Source of the DNA: a virus
Lineage: Duplodnaviria > Caudoviricetes
Reading direction: 5' to 3' (one strand)
Length of the DNA: 25,137 nucleotides
IMG/VR virus record: IMGVR_UViG_3300011337_000122
Coordinates: 1-25,137 of that record
Shown: piece after piece, positions 1-8,277 of the stretch
Numbering within the stretch: the stretch's first letter is position 1
Layout of the letters: every line of letters starts with the position of its first letter
Notes under the pieces: generated by a model
What the model was told of the DNA's origin: nothing
The model's input: only the letters and a program-made list of their open reading frames with translations
Databases searched by the model: none
Position numbers and translations under genes: made by a program

Positions 1-1089
1 AGTTTGTTTACCGACTTCTTGCTCTACCTTGTTGGCTACGCGACCCAAGACAGCAGCTTCCAGTTTATCCGCGCCAGTTACTTGCGTGGCGATAGCGGAG
101 ATGGATGCAGCCAAAGCAGTAGATATCAAAGAGGCATCATTAGCTAGTTTGGTTCGGGCAAGATATGGATCCATGCCAGACTTCAACAGCTCTTGATACT
201 GAGGAGACTTTGCAAGCTCGGCCTCAGACATATTCAGGATGTGGCCACGGGTATCAGCACCCGCCATACCACCTTCCATAACAGCGTTCAAACCAAGAAC
301 AGTACGCGCCGCGTTAGTAGCAGCAGCGGCCTGAGCAGCTTCGGCACCTATACCAGCTTCGGCCCCCCAAGCAAGAGTACGCATAGCAACTGCACGAGCA
401 GCCATACCAATAGTGGCAAGCTGGGGTGCCATCTGTACAACCATTGAGCCAGCAAGCCTAGGGTTCGTGATAACAGCCGCGAAACTATCAACAAACCCTT
501 TAGCATCTTCGAGTTCCTTTCTTTGTGCTTGTAGCGCAGGAGATTGATCCTGTTGAAGTCTCTGACGACCTTCGGCAAGATTCTCTGTACCTGTCTTACC
601 AGTGCGATCTTTAATGGCTTGGTCTATCCTGCCGCCTGATACCAAGTTGGCAATCTCATAACCAGCACCATAAAGCTGCAACCCACCAATAGCAAGATCA
701 TTGGCAGCGTCACCCAAAAAGTTTCCTTCTAGGGGCGCGTTTGGATCTGATGGGGGAGTTTGTGGAGCGTTGGGATTTAAACCGTATTGAGCCATGATAG
801 CTTCACGGCTTGGTGTTGACGAGGGTAGTCCTGACGTTGAGGGCGCGATGCCTCGGCGGGAAGAGGAGGGGGAAGCAATGCCTGAGCGTTTCGCCTCATC
901 AGCAAGCTTACCTACATAGTAGTCTTTGCCGAGTTCTTGGCGAGCGAGATCACCAACTTGATAGTCTTCACCAAGAGCTTGCTTGGCAAAGTCACCAACT
1001 TGGTAATCTCCACTCTTTATTGCTTGACCCCTTCTCCGTGCTTGAGTTCCTGCTTCGTTGGAAGTCTTATAGATCGGAGAGGTAGCCAT
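1..1089 (-). CDS. Large internal virion/ejection protein, N-terminal 363 aa (runs off window start)
   Basis: Not in ORF track. Hand translation from ATG at 1089 (AAGGA RBS upstream): MATSPIYKTSNEAGTQARRRG...EAAVLGRVANKVEQEVGKQT, open to position 1. Ala/Gly-rich helical character and position after two other ejection-like genes; function inferred from synteny. Confidence 0.75.
   Translation of the reverse strand, partial: MATSPIYKTSNEAGTQARRRGQAIKSGDYQVGDFAKQALGEDYQVGDLARQELGKDYYVGKLADEAKRSGIASPSSSRRGIAPSTSGLPSSTPSREAIMAQYGLNPNAPQTPPSDPNAPLEGNFLGDAANDLAIGGLQLYGAGYEIANLVSGGRIDQAIKDRTGKTGTENLAEGRQRLQQDQSPALQAQRKELEDAKGFVDSFAAVITNPRLAGSMVVQMAPQLATIGMAARAVAMRTLAWGAEAGIGAEAAQAAAATNAARTVLGLNAVMEGGMAGADTRGHILNMSEAELAKSPQYQELLKSGMDPYLARTKLANDASLISTALAASISAIATQVTGADKLEAAVLGRVANKVEQEVGKQT
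892..1008 (-). repeat. Three tandem 14-aa repeats in N-terminus of the 1..1089 protein
   Basis: DYQVGDFAKQALGE / DYQVGDLARQELGK / DYYVGKLADEA; 42-nt period (CAAGTTGGTGA occurs twice). Confidence 0.8.
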
Positions 1090-1101
1090 TCAGGTTCCTT
1101 G

Positions 1102-2250
1102 TTATTTCGGTGGTGGTACTGCGGTTCTCGCTGGGGGTGCACCAGAATCTTCCCAGCCCATACTTGCCGCTTGAGCAACGCTCTTGGCTACACCATTTGC
1201 AAGATAATCCCTTGCAAGCGCCACAGCCTTAAGCTTTCTTTGAATATATGGTGCGCTATTGACAACATTGGTTGACAGCTTTAGGCCAGCCTCAATCAAG
1301 GAGAACTGATCGTTGATCTCTTTTGTCATACGATCAATCATCTTGTCGCCGCCAGCACCCCCACCAGATCTTTCACGGATGAGGGCTTCTTCGATACCGC
1401 CTCTGACTCGCTTATCAGTACGCAGGTTCTCTTGCTGCTGCTCAATGCCAGTCTTCTTAAGGTCGAGTTGAGCTTTAGCCCAAGCTTCAGGAGACATTGA
1501 CGGAAGTATAACATCGTCAAACGCGTCGAAGACCTTCTGATTTCCGCGCATACCAACAACTTTGGGGCCGACGATTGGGTCGCGCTCAATTACAAGCTTG
1601 ACATCATCACCGATCTTAATCTTGCCTTGCTTGTTGAACATCTGCTTAGCAAGCTTTTCGTCGCCAGTGGTCATGAAAGTTCTGAGTGCCTCGAGTGCGC
1701 CTTCGCTTTCAATCTGCTTGCGCTGAGCCCGTGCTTCTGCCAGCATCTTTGGATCAAGCTTACCTGCCCGTGCGTGAGCTGCCATGAATTTATCGGCAAA
1801 CTTTAACTGATACTCTATTGGATCCATCTCACCGACCTGCTTGATTGTGCCCGGCTTGAATGCTAGACCGCGCTCTTTCAACGCACCAATCTCCTGATCT
1901 GGATTTGCGAATCGCTTGAATCCCTCAGACTTGCCAGTGCGAGTGTTGATGATTTCACCCTCGTATCCAGCCTGTCTTTCCGCGTCAAGTTCTGTCAAGC
2001 TCTTCTTGAGGTCAGCTTGAAAGTCTTCTTCGCGTTTGGCAGCAGCAATATCCATAGTGGTCTTCTGCATGCCGAGTTCCGCTTGCTGCTTATCCAAAGC
2101 AAAGCGTTGCTCATCCATACCTGCGCGCTGTTTTTCGAGAGCCAGACGTTCCTTGTCGCGCTCCATAGCTGCTTGGCGAGCTTCAATCTCACTCATCTGG
2201 CCATAGCCCTGAGCAAAGCCCTCAGCAAATGCACCTAATCCTCTAGCCAT
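1102..2250 (-). CDS. Probable internal virion/DNA-ejection protein (382 aa)
   Basis: N-terminal GLGAFAEGFAQGY amphipathic segment followed by coiled coil; sits between a gp7-like gene and a large internal protein as in podovirus ejection-gene triplets; start overlaps upstream stop (TAATG). Confidence 0.65.
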   Translation of the reverse strand: MARGLGAFAEGFAQGYGQMSEIEARQAAMERDKERLALEKQRAGMDEQRFALDKQQAELGMQKTTMDIAAAKREEDFQADLKKSLTELDAERQAGYEGEIINTRTGKSEGFKRFANPDQEIGALKERGLAFKPGTIKQVGEMDPIEYQLKFADKFMAAHARAGKLDPKMLAEARAQRKQIESEGALEALRTFMTTGDEKLAKQMFNKQGKIKIGDDVKLVIERDPIVGPKVVGMRGNQKVFDAFDDVILPSMSPEAWAKAQLDLKKTGIEQQQENLRTDKRVRGGIEEALIRERSGGGAGGDKMIDRMTKEINDQFSLIEAGLKLSTNVVNSAPYIQRKLKAVALARDYLANGVAKSVAQAASMGWEDSGAPPARTAVPPPK

Positions 2251-3437
2251 TATTTTTTCCCCTTACTCATGCCGCGCTTACGTTGGATTGCTGCTGGGGT
2301 GTGTGTCTTCTTGACAACCTTATCCAGCTTCTTCTTGCCAATAGCTTTAACTGTGTCTGCTGGCAGAACGTATTCACCATCCGACAACATTGCTGGAATC
2401 ATATCATCGACAGGGCCACCGGGGCCACGAACTAGACCGCGCTTCTTGGCGTTTCTAGTAGCGTCACCACCATCTGCTGAGAAGATGCGTCCGAATACAC
2501 CAGACATACCACCTGATGCTGGCATTGCAGCCATACCTGCGATCCTACCAAGGCCACCAAATAAACCACCCGCTGCTTCCTGTTGGGCGTTGTACGCGTT
2601 CATGCGACCAGCATATTCTTGACCGTAGATGTTTCCAGCAGTACCGTAGGCTTGGGTAGCACCTTGGTATCCCTGCATTGCACCTTGGAATCCGGGGGCC
2701 ATTACTTGACCGGGAACAAGAGCGCCCTGTTGAGCACCAGCCGCAGCGCCAAGACCAATCTGCTGTGAGCCAGTGATGTTGGTTGGAAGACCGCGACCAA
2801 GTGCAGCAGCGTCGTAACGCATAGCACGGCCTTTTTCCAAAGCACCTTCACGAGCACCAGTTGATGCAGCAGCCCTAGCCAAAGCTTCTTGTAGGTTGAG
2901 CTGTTGATTCAGTTGGGCGAATCTGCCTGAGCCGGGTTGAAGACCCATTGCTCTAGCTTGACGAGTGCCTTGCTGCCTCATCTGCTGGAACGCGCCACCG
3001 ATGTCGCCAACCGCACGACGAGCCAATTGCTCACGGCCAGCTTCAGTGTCGTACTGACCAGCCTCTTCAGCAAGACGCTCTTCCAATGGACGGAAGGTGT
3101 CCTTCATGTACTGCTCATACTCTTTGCCTTGGCGCATTGCCTCACGCTGAGTATCTACCTGACCAGCAAGAACCTCCTGCAGCACAGGCTTCATGTCGTT
3201 GTACTGTTGCTTGTAGAAGTCCAGAGTATTTCTGGCTATCTCCTTCTGAGCTTCAGCAGTTTCTTTTGCAGCCTCAGCGGAAGCAAGCATGCCGGGGTTA
3301 GGATCAGGCGCGCTGCCCTTACCACCGAAAGCTATGTTCTTCTTTTGTATTACTGCTAACTTACGCTCAACAGGGTCGCGTGGGTTGTCGCACACATCCC
3401 CATAGAACTCCATAAAGCTATCATATTTGTCGAACAT
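2250..3437 (-). CDS. Ejection/pilot protein, P22 gp7-like N-terminus, C-terminal ADGG...GPG...D-x-IPAMLS-x-GEYV module (395 aa)
   Basis: GGKGS...AEAQKEIARN...QQYNDMKP resembles the start of mature P22 gp7 (recalled, not aligned); Gln/Ala/Gly-rich; immediately downstream of a GNAT gene. Confidence 0.7.
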   Translation of the reverse strand: MFDKYDSFMEFYGDVCDNPRDPVERKLAVIQKKNIAFGGKGSAPDPNPGMLASAEAAKETAEAQKEIARNTLDFYKQQYNDMKPVLQEVLAGQVDTQREAMRQGKEYEQYMKDTFRPLEERLAEEAGQYDTEAGREQLARRAVGDIGGAFQQMRQQGTRQARAMGLQPGSGRFAQLNQQLNLQEALARAAASTGAREGALEKGRAMRYDAAALGRGLPTNITGSQQIGLGAAAGAQQGALVPGQVMAPGFQGAMQGYQGATQAYGTAGNIYGQEYAGRMNAYNAQQEAAGGLFGGLGRIAGMAAMPASGGMSGVFGRIFSADGGDATRNAKKRGLVRGPGGPVDDMIPAMLSDGEYVLPADTVKAIGKKKLDKVVKKTHTPAAIQRKRGMSKGKK

Positions 3438-3448
3438 TTATTTTTCCC

Positions 3449-3856
3449 TTACAAGAATCGACAATCTTTACGCCACAAGACATAGATGACTACATCTCCA
3501 CCGTCAGGTGCGGCACCCTTTAGCCGCGTTTCTTCTCTGAACCCAATCTTCTCTACAAGGGTTCGTGACTCTTTGTTAGTCTCGTCAACCCATGCGGATA
3601 CTCTGTCTACCTTTAGTTGTTCGAATGGATAAAAAAAAGCCGCCTTCAATAGCGACTTGCTTATCCACTTCTTACCCCTGCCAGCGCAGTGCATGAAGAT
3701 GTTTCTCTTTGTAAAGCCTTCGTAAAGAATGCCGCCTACGAGGCCACCATCAATCTCACGACCGATAGCTTGCATCCCAGCGGAATACATAACTGGCACC
3801 CCCAAGTCCTTCAGGAAGTGCCAGACTCTATCGGCATCGTTAATTAGTTTTTCCAT
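3449..3856 (-). CDS. GNAT-fold acetyltransferase-like virion assembly protein (P22 gp14/T7 gp13 position)
   Basis: RimJ/RimL-like pattern FFYPFEQLKVDRVSAWVDETNKESRTLVEKIGFREE...DGGDVVIY; conserved position before ejection genes. Confidence 0.8.
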   Translation of the reverse strand: MEKLINDADRVWHFLKDLGVPVMYSAGMQAIGREIDGGLVGGILYEGFTKRNIFMHCAGRGKKWISKSLLKAAFFYPFEQLKVDRVSAWVDETNKESRTLVEKIGFREETRLKGAAPDGGDVVIYVLWRKDCRFL

Positions 3857-3859
3857 ACA

Positions 3860-4108
3860 CTAGTAATTCAATTTTGCAATGACTTCATTCAACTTTGATA
3901 TCACTTGCTCTAGGGTTGCTGTGTTATCAAGTTGCTCTAATCTACCACCGCGAGCACCAGTAATGATCTCAATGGTTTCTTTCATGGGTTGAAGCACAGA
4001 AGCCAACCTACGATCAACCACAGTACTTGATTGAATCGCAGGTATAGCTGGCTTCTTCTTTCTTCCCTCAGTTGGAACATACGTCCGTGGTGGTTGTGGT
4101 GCCGCCAT
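3860..4108 (-). CDS. Small tail-associated protein (82 aa), helical C-terminus
   Basis: Tightly packed between tail hub and GNAT genes; ATLEQVISKLNEVIAKL heptad pattern; tail needle/plug position (inference). Confidence 0.6.
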   Translation of the reverse strand: MAAPQPPRTYVPTEGRKKKPAIPAIQSSTVVDRRLASVLQPMKETIEIITGARGGRLEQLDNTATLEQVISKLNEVIAKLNY

Positions 4109-4111
4109 CTT

Positions 4112-5980
4112 TTACTCCAATCTCGCAAGTTCTTTCATGGAGGATGCCATCTTGACGTAACGCAACTCCAAGTTACCAGCCAACAAGATCTCGAACTTCT
4201 GCGACTTCAGGCCAGCGGGTAAGCGGTACACTCCATTCATTGTGTATACGGCGTTATGAACTTCGACCATACTGCCATCCTTCTCTGCGTACAGTTTGAA
4301 CTGCACAAACCTGTCGTCGATAAGGTTAGGTATGTTCTGTAATATAGAGCCGTTCACATCGTATTGATTAAGCGGGGCAGCATTGAATGTACTATTCAAG
4401 GGAGCGCCCGTATCCCACAGAGCGTTGTTCTCGTCTATGATTTCTTGTCGAGCTGCCTCAGCTTGCTCCGCTGCTTCTATGCTTGTGAACTCACCACCAA
4501 TTTCTACAGCCGCTAAGTTTGTTGGAGCATCAAAGATGAACCTCTTCGACAACCATTCAAACGGGAAGTTGTTGTATATATCACCTTCCCACTCGTAGAT
4601 AGTAATGTCATCTAGGTAATACATCTTTGCTGTTGCTGGGTCAACGTATGCAGCCGCAGCAACTACGCTTGTTAGCGATAATGGACTTGATGGTATTGCC
4701 CTATCAAGAATCACACCACCACTAGGCAACGGACGCTGCGAACCCTGTTGATAAAAAGCAAAGTACTTGCCATTATATACAGCAGATCTAATAGTTGCAG
4801 GGTTGAACTTAGAGAACTCATCCCGCGTGAACAAGTTGCCAGTTGCCAATCCACCAGCGCCAGAGCCAATCATGCAAATGCCGTTAGGGCTTGCGTACAT
4901 CACACCCATGTCATCTGATGTAATCGACCGTTCACTGATGCACGGCTCAAGAGCAGCCAACTTCTCTGGGGTCATCATCTCAGGTAAGTTGCCGCTCATC
5001 ACATAAGGATACCCCTTTGTCATAATAGCAACAGAGTTACCATAGACTCCCATACCGACAATATCAAAGTCAATTGTTTGTCGATACGCCAGCGGATATG
5101 CGTGTGGTGCGTTGACCTCGGAGATAATAATTTCTCTACGATGCCAGCCGATCAGGAAGCCGCCGGGATGGAATACAACTCCATCCATGTCTGGCGGTTC
5201 TAGCCAATCTGCACTAGGCAGAGCTTCGCCCAAGTCTTCTATGTCGACCGCATCGTTGTAGACGTGAGCCGAAGGTGTAGGCAGAAGGGACGAAGCATTG
5301 ATCTCAGCAACCAGCAGGAATGTGGGATTGCCACCAGTGCTAGTCACCGAGCGGTATATGCGAACCTTGGTGATGTTGGTGTTTGTATAAACAAACGGAT
5401 CATCAAAGTTAGTAAGGTCGATTGTGTTAGTTGTAGACCAATCAACAGGCGCAGATGGTGGGCTAGGTGCAGACTCTTGCTCTGTGCCACCAAATGTTTC
5501 CACAAAGGTGTACACGTACACACGAGTCTCAGATACTACGCCACCACCAACACGGGTGGGAACCAGAGCAGTCATAGGTGCCTGAACACCACCGTAGTAC
5601 CAATCTTGTGGGGGCTGGCCGTTGAAAGAAGAATCGCCAGCCAAATCAGCATTAGTCTTTTTGAGAGACAGACCTTCAGTGTAGAAGATGTTGCTACCCG
5701 CTGGCTGAGTCTCATCAAGCAAAGGTGAACGAGCCACCCAAACATTGCTATCCCAAACTAACCAGCGAGCATCATTGTCTGCGTCAACGGACTTGTAGAT
5801 TGTCTGTCCGTTCTCGATACAGGCAAAGGCAGGTTGAACTGCTTTAGGCTTAAACCAAGACCTGAGATCACCGCTGTAAACTTTTGTGTTAATCGCACGT
5901 TGACCAGTTGCTTCGTCGAGTAGGTGAGCTGCAATCTTTGGATTGTACCCACCTTGGCTCATCAGCTTCAGACCTGCCAT
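4112..5980 (-). CDS. Tail hub / stabilisation protein (P22 gp10 / tail tubular protein B-like), 622 aa
   Basis: Likely start is MAGLKLMS at 5980 (TAAGGA RBS), not 6073 which overlaps the upstream gene. Beta-propeller-like repeats (IIISEVNAPHAYP, PCISERSI, VMYASPNGICMI, IYEWEG...FEWLSKRF); size and synteny fit. Confidence 0.75.
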   Translation of the reverse strand: MAGLKLMSQGGYNPKIAAHLLDEATGQRAINTKVYSGDLRSWFKPKAVQPAFACIENGQTIYKSVDADNDARWLVWDSNVWVARSPLLDETQPAGSNIFYTEGLSLKKTNADLAGDSSFNGQPPQDWYYGGVQAPMTALVPTRVGGGVVSETRVYVYTFVETFGGTEQESAPSPPSAPVDWSTTNTIDLTNFDDPFVYTNTNITKVRIYRSVTSTGGNPTFLLVAEINASSLLPTPSAHVYNDAVDIEDLGEALPSADWLEPPDMDGVVFHPGGFLIGWHRREIIISEVNAPHAYPLAYRQTIDFDIVGMGVYGNSVAIMTKGYPYVMSGNLPEMMTPEKLAALEPCISERSITSDDMGVMYASPNGICMIGSGAGGLATGNLFTRDEFSKFNPATIRSAVYNGKYFAFYQQGSQRPLPSGGVILDRAIPSSPLSLTSVVAAAAYVDPATAKMYYLDDITIYEWEGDIYNNFPFEWLSKRFIFDAPTNLAAVEIGGEFTSIEAAEQAEAARQEIIDENNALWDTGAPLNSTFNAAPLNQYDVNGSILQNIPNLIDDRFVQFKLYAEKDGSMVEVHNAVYTMNGVYRLPAGLKSQKFEILLAGNLELRYVKMASSMKELARLE

Positions 5981-5990
5981 TATGTTTTCC

Positions 5991-6926
5991 TTATTCGATA
6001 AGCTTACCCCGGAAGAAAGCCTTCTCTTTGTGGACAGAGCAGAACTCGGGGTAGATGAGTTCACCATCCACAATTGTCAGAACAGCAAACCCGGAACAGT
6101 GGTTCATCGGGTTGTCTTCTCCGTAGTGCATGTGGTCGCCATCAACTTCTGCTAGGGTGCCAGTATCGATACCCCAACGTGTTCCCTTGTAGTCCGTGAA
6201 CAAAGTGGCTTGCAACCTATGTAGGTGTCCTGTTGCCATAGACACGCCGCTGTAGAGAGTGTTGTTCCATGTGGCATGTACGCCGTTACGGAACCTATGC
6301 TTAATCATCAAGCTGTCGTTGACGAATAAACTAATCGTGTGATTCCAGCGGGGGAAGTGATCCTTTAGAGTAAAGCCTAAAACTCCCTCGTACTCTGGAA
6401 CTGCTTGGGCTAACCGCGCCTCGAAGCGCATGTCGTGATTGCCCATTGTCCACCAGAGCTTAGCTTTGCCAGCGACAGCCTCAATCTCAGCGAGACGTAT
6501 CTGCACAGCATCAAGCTCTTGCTTTACGTTAGGTGTGCTACCCCAGCCCATCTTGGGGAATCGGCTAATAGACGAACCATCAAACAAGTCACCGTTCATT
6601 ACGATGATGTCTGGTTTGATATCTGCTATAACCTTCAGCATTGCTTTGTGTGCAGTGCTTTCAACGCCCGGCCAATAGTGCGCATCAGAAGCAATAAGTA
6701 TCGTGCCGTTTTTCAACTGACAGTCAACTCGTGGCGAGTGTTCCCTAATCGTAAACGTAGGAGATCTTGGATCATCGCAGGTCAGTAATCGACCAAACTT
6801 TTTCTCCAAGCTCTTACGACGTGAATGGACATTGCGAATGTTTATGTCAAAAGCTTTTGCTACTTTCGCAGCCGACTTGAGTCTGTCCCATGCGGATATA
6901 AACTCTTGATCGCTGACCTTACGCAT
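5991..6926 (-). CDS. Calcineurin-like metallophosphoesterase with N-terminal HTH-like segment
   Basis: All family motifs in order: SDAH, NGDLFD, GNHD, KH, GHLH; N-terminal SAAKVAKAFDINIRNVHSR resembles a helix-turn-helix; TAAGGAGG RBS. Confidence 0.85.
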   Translation of the reverse strand: MRKVSDQEFISAWDRLKSAAKVAKAFDINIRNVHSRRKSLEKKFGRLLTCDDPRSPTFTIREHSPRVDCQLKNGTILIASDAHYWPGVESTAHKAMLKVIADIKPDIIVMNGDLFDGSSISRFPKMGWGSTPNVKQELDAVQIRLAEIEAVAGKAKLWWTMGNHDMRFEARLAQAVPEYEGVLGFTLKDHFPRWNHTISLFVNDSLMIKHRFRNGVHATWNNTLYSGVSMATGHLHRLQATLFTDYKGTRWGIDTGTLAEVDGDHMHYGEDNPMNHCSGFAVLTIVDGELIYPEFCSVHKEKAFFRGKLIE

Positions 6927-6935
6927 ACAGCCTCC

Positions 6936-7112
6936 TTATACGAGGTGCTTGAGTACTTCTCCAATAGCACCTATATGGGGCGAACCTAATGACACGGCGA
7001 TGACTGTGTACATCAACTTCTTTAGATTGCACAGCTCTTTCTCGACTTGTTCAATTTTATTTGAATGACGTTCGAGTTCGCGCTGCACTTCTATTTGCAA
7101 GTCTTCGCTCAT
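6936..7112 (-). CDS. Small coiled-coil protein with hydrophobic C-terminus (58 aa), lysis-cassette accessory candidate
   Basis: Below ORF-track cutoff. MSEDLQIEVQRELERHSNKIEQVEKELCNLKKLMYTVIAVSLGSPHIGAIGEVLKHLV; ATGA overlap with endolysin stop, GAGGTG RBS, fills the gap exactly. Confidence 0.7.
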   Translation of the reverse strand: MSEDLQIEVQRELERHSNKIEQVEKELCNLKKLMYTVIAVSLGSPHIGAIGEVLKHLV

Positions 7113-7528
7113 GCTATCACCTCGCCCATTCTGAGTTGGGCCATAGTCTTACCGCCTGTGTACTGGAAATGTGCAAGCTCTTTGAACTTCTTCCAATCAC
7201 CAGCCCACTCTAGCCCTGCTTGTTTACCCAACTCGCCCACAGTTTGCCAGACCGGATCATTGCCATCCCATACTGGCTTACCATTACGCAATGGTACTAC
7301 ATCTACTGCGCACCTATAATTATGCCAACTTTCGCCAGCTTTTGCATTAGTTACTTTCTTTCCCGGCAACGTGCGCCCTTGAGCGTACAGTTGGTTTTGA
7401 CTTTCATTGTCACGGAAGGTAGAAGTTACCAATAAATCAATGCCGCTATTATGACACAACTCAATAAACTTGTTGACTTTTGCTTGTACAACAGGTAGGA
7501 GATCATCGATCTTCCGACTATTTACCAT
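7109..7528 (-). CDS. Endolysin, peptidase M15 family (L-Ala-D-Glu endopeptidase, CwlK/Ply500-like)
   Basis: R-x3-Q-x2-LYAQGR, SWHNY...AVD, LEWAGDW, ELAHFQ zinc-binding/catalytic motifs. Confidence 0.92.
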   Translation of the reverse strand: MVNSRKIDDLLPVVQAKVNKFIELCHNSGIDLLVTSTFRDNESQNQLYAQGRTLPGKKVTNAKAGESWHNYRCAVDVVPLRNGKPVWDGNDPVWQTVGELGKQAGLEWAGDWKKFKELAHFQYTGGKTMAQLRMGEVIA

Positions 7529-8012
7529 TTGATATCTCCTTCAAAATTCCTTGGCATGCAGTAAGTTGCTCGACTATTTTGTCGGCTTCGACTCTTCGTT
7601 CAACAAGTCGCTGGGCAACCTCATCAGAAAGTTTGGCTGTCGTTCCACCATCACATCGGCAGGGATTGGCGGGATCACCGGACACTCCGTCTTTACCACC
7701 ACTGGCTTCGACGCTGATGCGCAACCCGTCAGAACGAAAGCGCTCAAGAGCAGCAGCTTTTTCACGATCCTTCTCCTGTAGTTTTACTTGGTACTGTTTC
7801 GATTGGCTGTTCAGCTTTTGGGTCAGTTCGCGTTCCTTGGACATCGCTTGGTCGTGCATTAGCTTTACTGTTACAGCGACAGCTTCCGCCTCCTGCGCCC
7901 TTGCAGCGTCCCACTGTCCCTGTTTCAGAGAATCCCCTAGCCACCAGCCCGTTGCAAATAGGGCAACCGAGATTATTGCTGCAGCTATCCATTTAGCGCT
8001 CCATATCGGCAT
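7518..8012 (-). CDS. Rz: i-spanin (Rz-like)
   Basis: N-terminal TM helix, long coiled coil, C-terminal ADKIVEQLTACQ; contains an embedded lipoprotein gene. Confidence 0.85.
   Translation of the reverse strand: MPIWSAKWIAAAIISVALFATGWWLGDSLKQGQWDAARAQEAEAVAVTVKLMHDQAMSKERELTQKLNSQSKQYQVKLQEKDREKAAALERFRSDGLRISVEASGGKDGVSGDPANPCRCDGGTTAKLSDEVAQRLVERRVEADKIVEQLTACQGILKEISNGK
7574..7765 (-). CDS. Rz1: o-spanin (Rz1-like lipoprotein), fully embedded in Rz in another frame
   Basis: GTG start with AGGAG/AAGGA RBS; signal peptide with lipobox VLTG-C; Pro-rich CPVIPPIPADVM. Confidence 0.85.
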   Translation of the reverse strand: MKKLLLLSAFVLTGCASASKPVVVKTECPVIPPIPADVMVERQPNFLMRLPSDLLNEESKPTK

Positions 8013-8277
8013 TGCTCTTCACCTTTTCAATTTTCTCTTGGCCACGAGTAAAGGCCGCTACACCAAGCACGGCACCGAAAGCCATGTGGAATAAACCACC
8101 ATTGGACAATGTTAGTGGCACCCACTGTTGGGCAACTTCACCCTTGCCGTGGATTTGCAGCAAAGACCAAATGATAGGGAAGGCAAGGAAGTCAGCCAAG
8201 TTGATTATCATATAGACAATCGCCATCATTGGTCGCCACTTAGTAGTCATCCAATCTTCACCAAACCATTTCGTCAT
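7993..8277 (-). CDS. Holin (3TM/GTA-holin-like)
   Basis: KWRP followed by TM helix, second TM GGLFHMAFGAVLGVAAF, then RGQEKI charged tail; adjacent to spanins and endolysin. ATG at 8277 overlaps upstream TGA. Confidence 0.75.
   Translation of the reverse strand: MTKWFGEDWMTTKWRPMMAIVYMIINLADFLAFPIIWSLLQIHGKGEVAQQWVPLTLSNGGLFHMAFGAVLGVAAFTRGQEKIEKVKSNADMER

Noticed and set aside
3495-3515. APDGGD in the GNAT protein (also CDGG/ASGG in Rz, ASGG at capsid N-terminus, many xGG in the fibre tip) as more ADGG tags
   Set aside because: DG-x-D is the normal GNAT C-terminal turn; the others miss the hydrophobic-A-[DN] context or lie in Gly-rich sequence where matches are expected by chance.
5981-6073. 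Longer N-termini given by the ORF track (also 8796-8876, 10016-10054, 10530-10568, 11047-11118, 16145-16192, 24627-24650)
   Set aside because: They overlap upstream genes or a tRNA, or lack an RBS; downstream starts have better RBS, stop-start coupling or paralog support.
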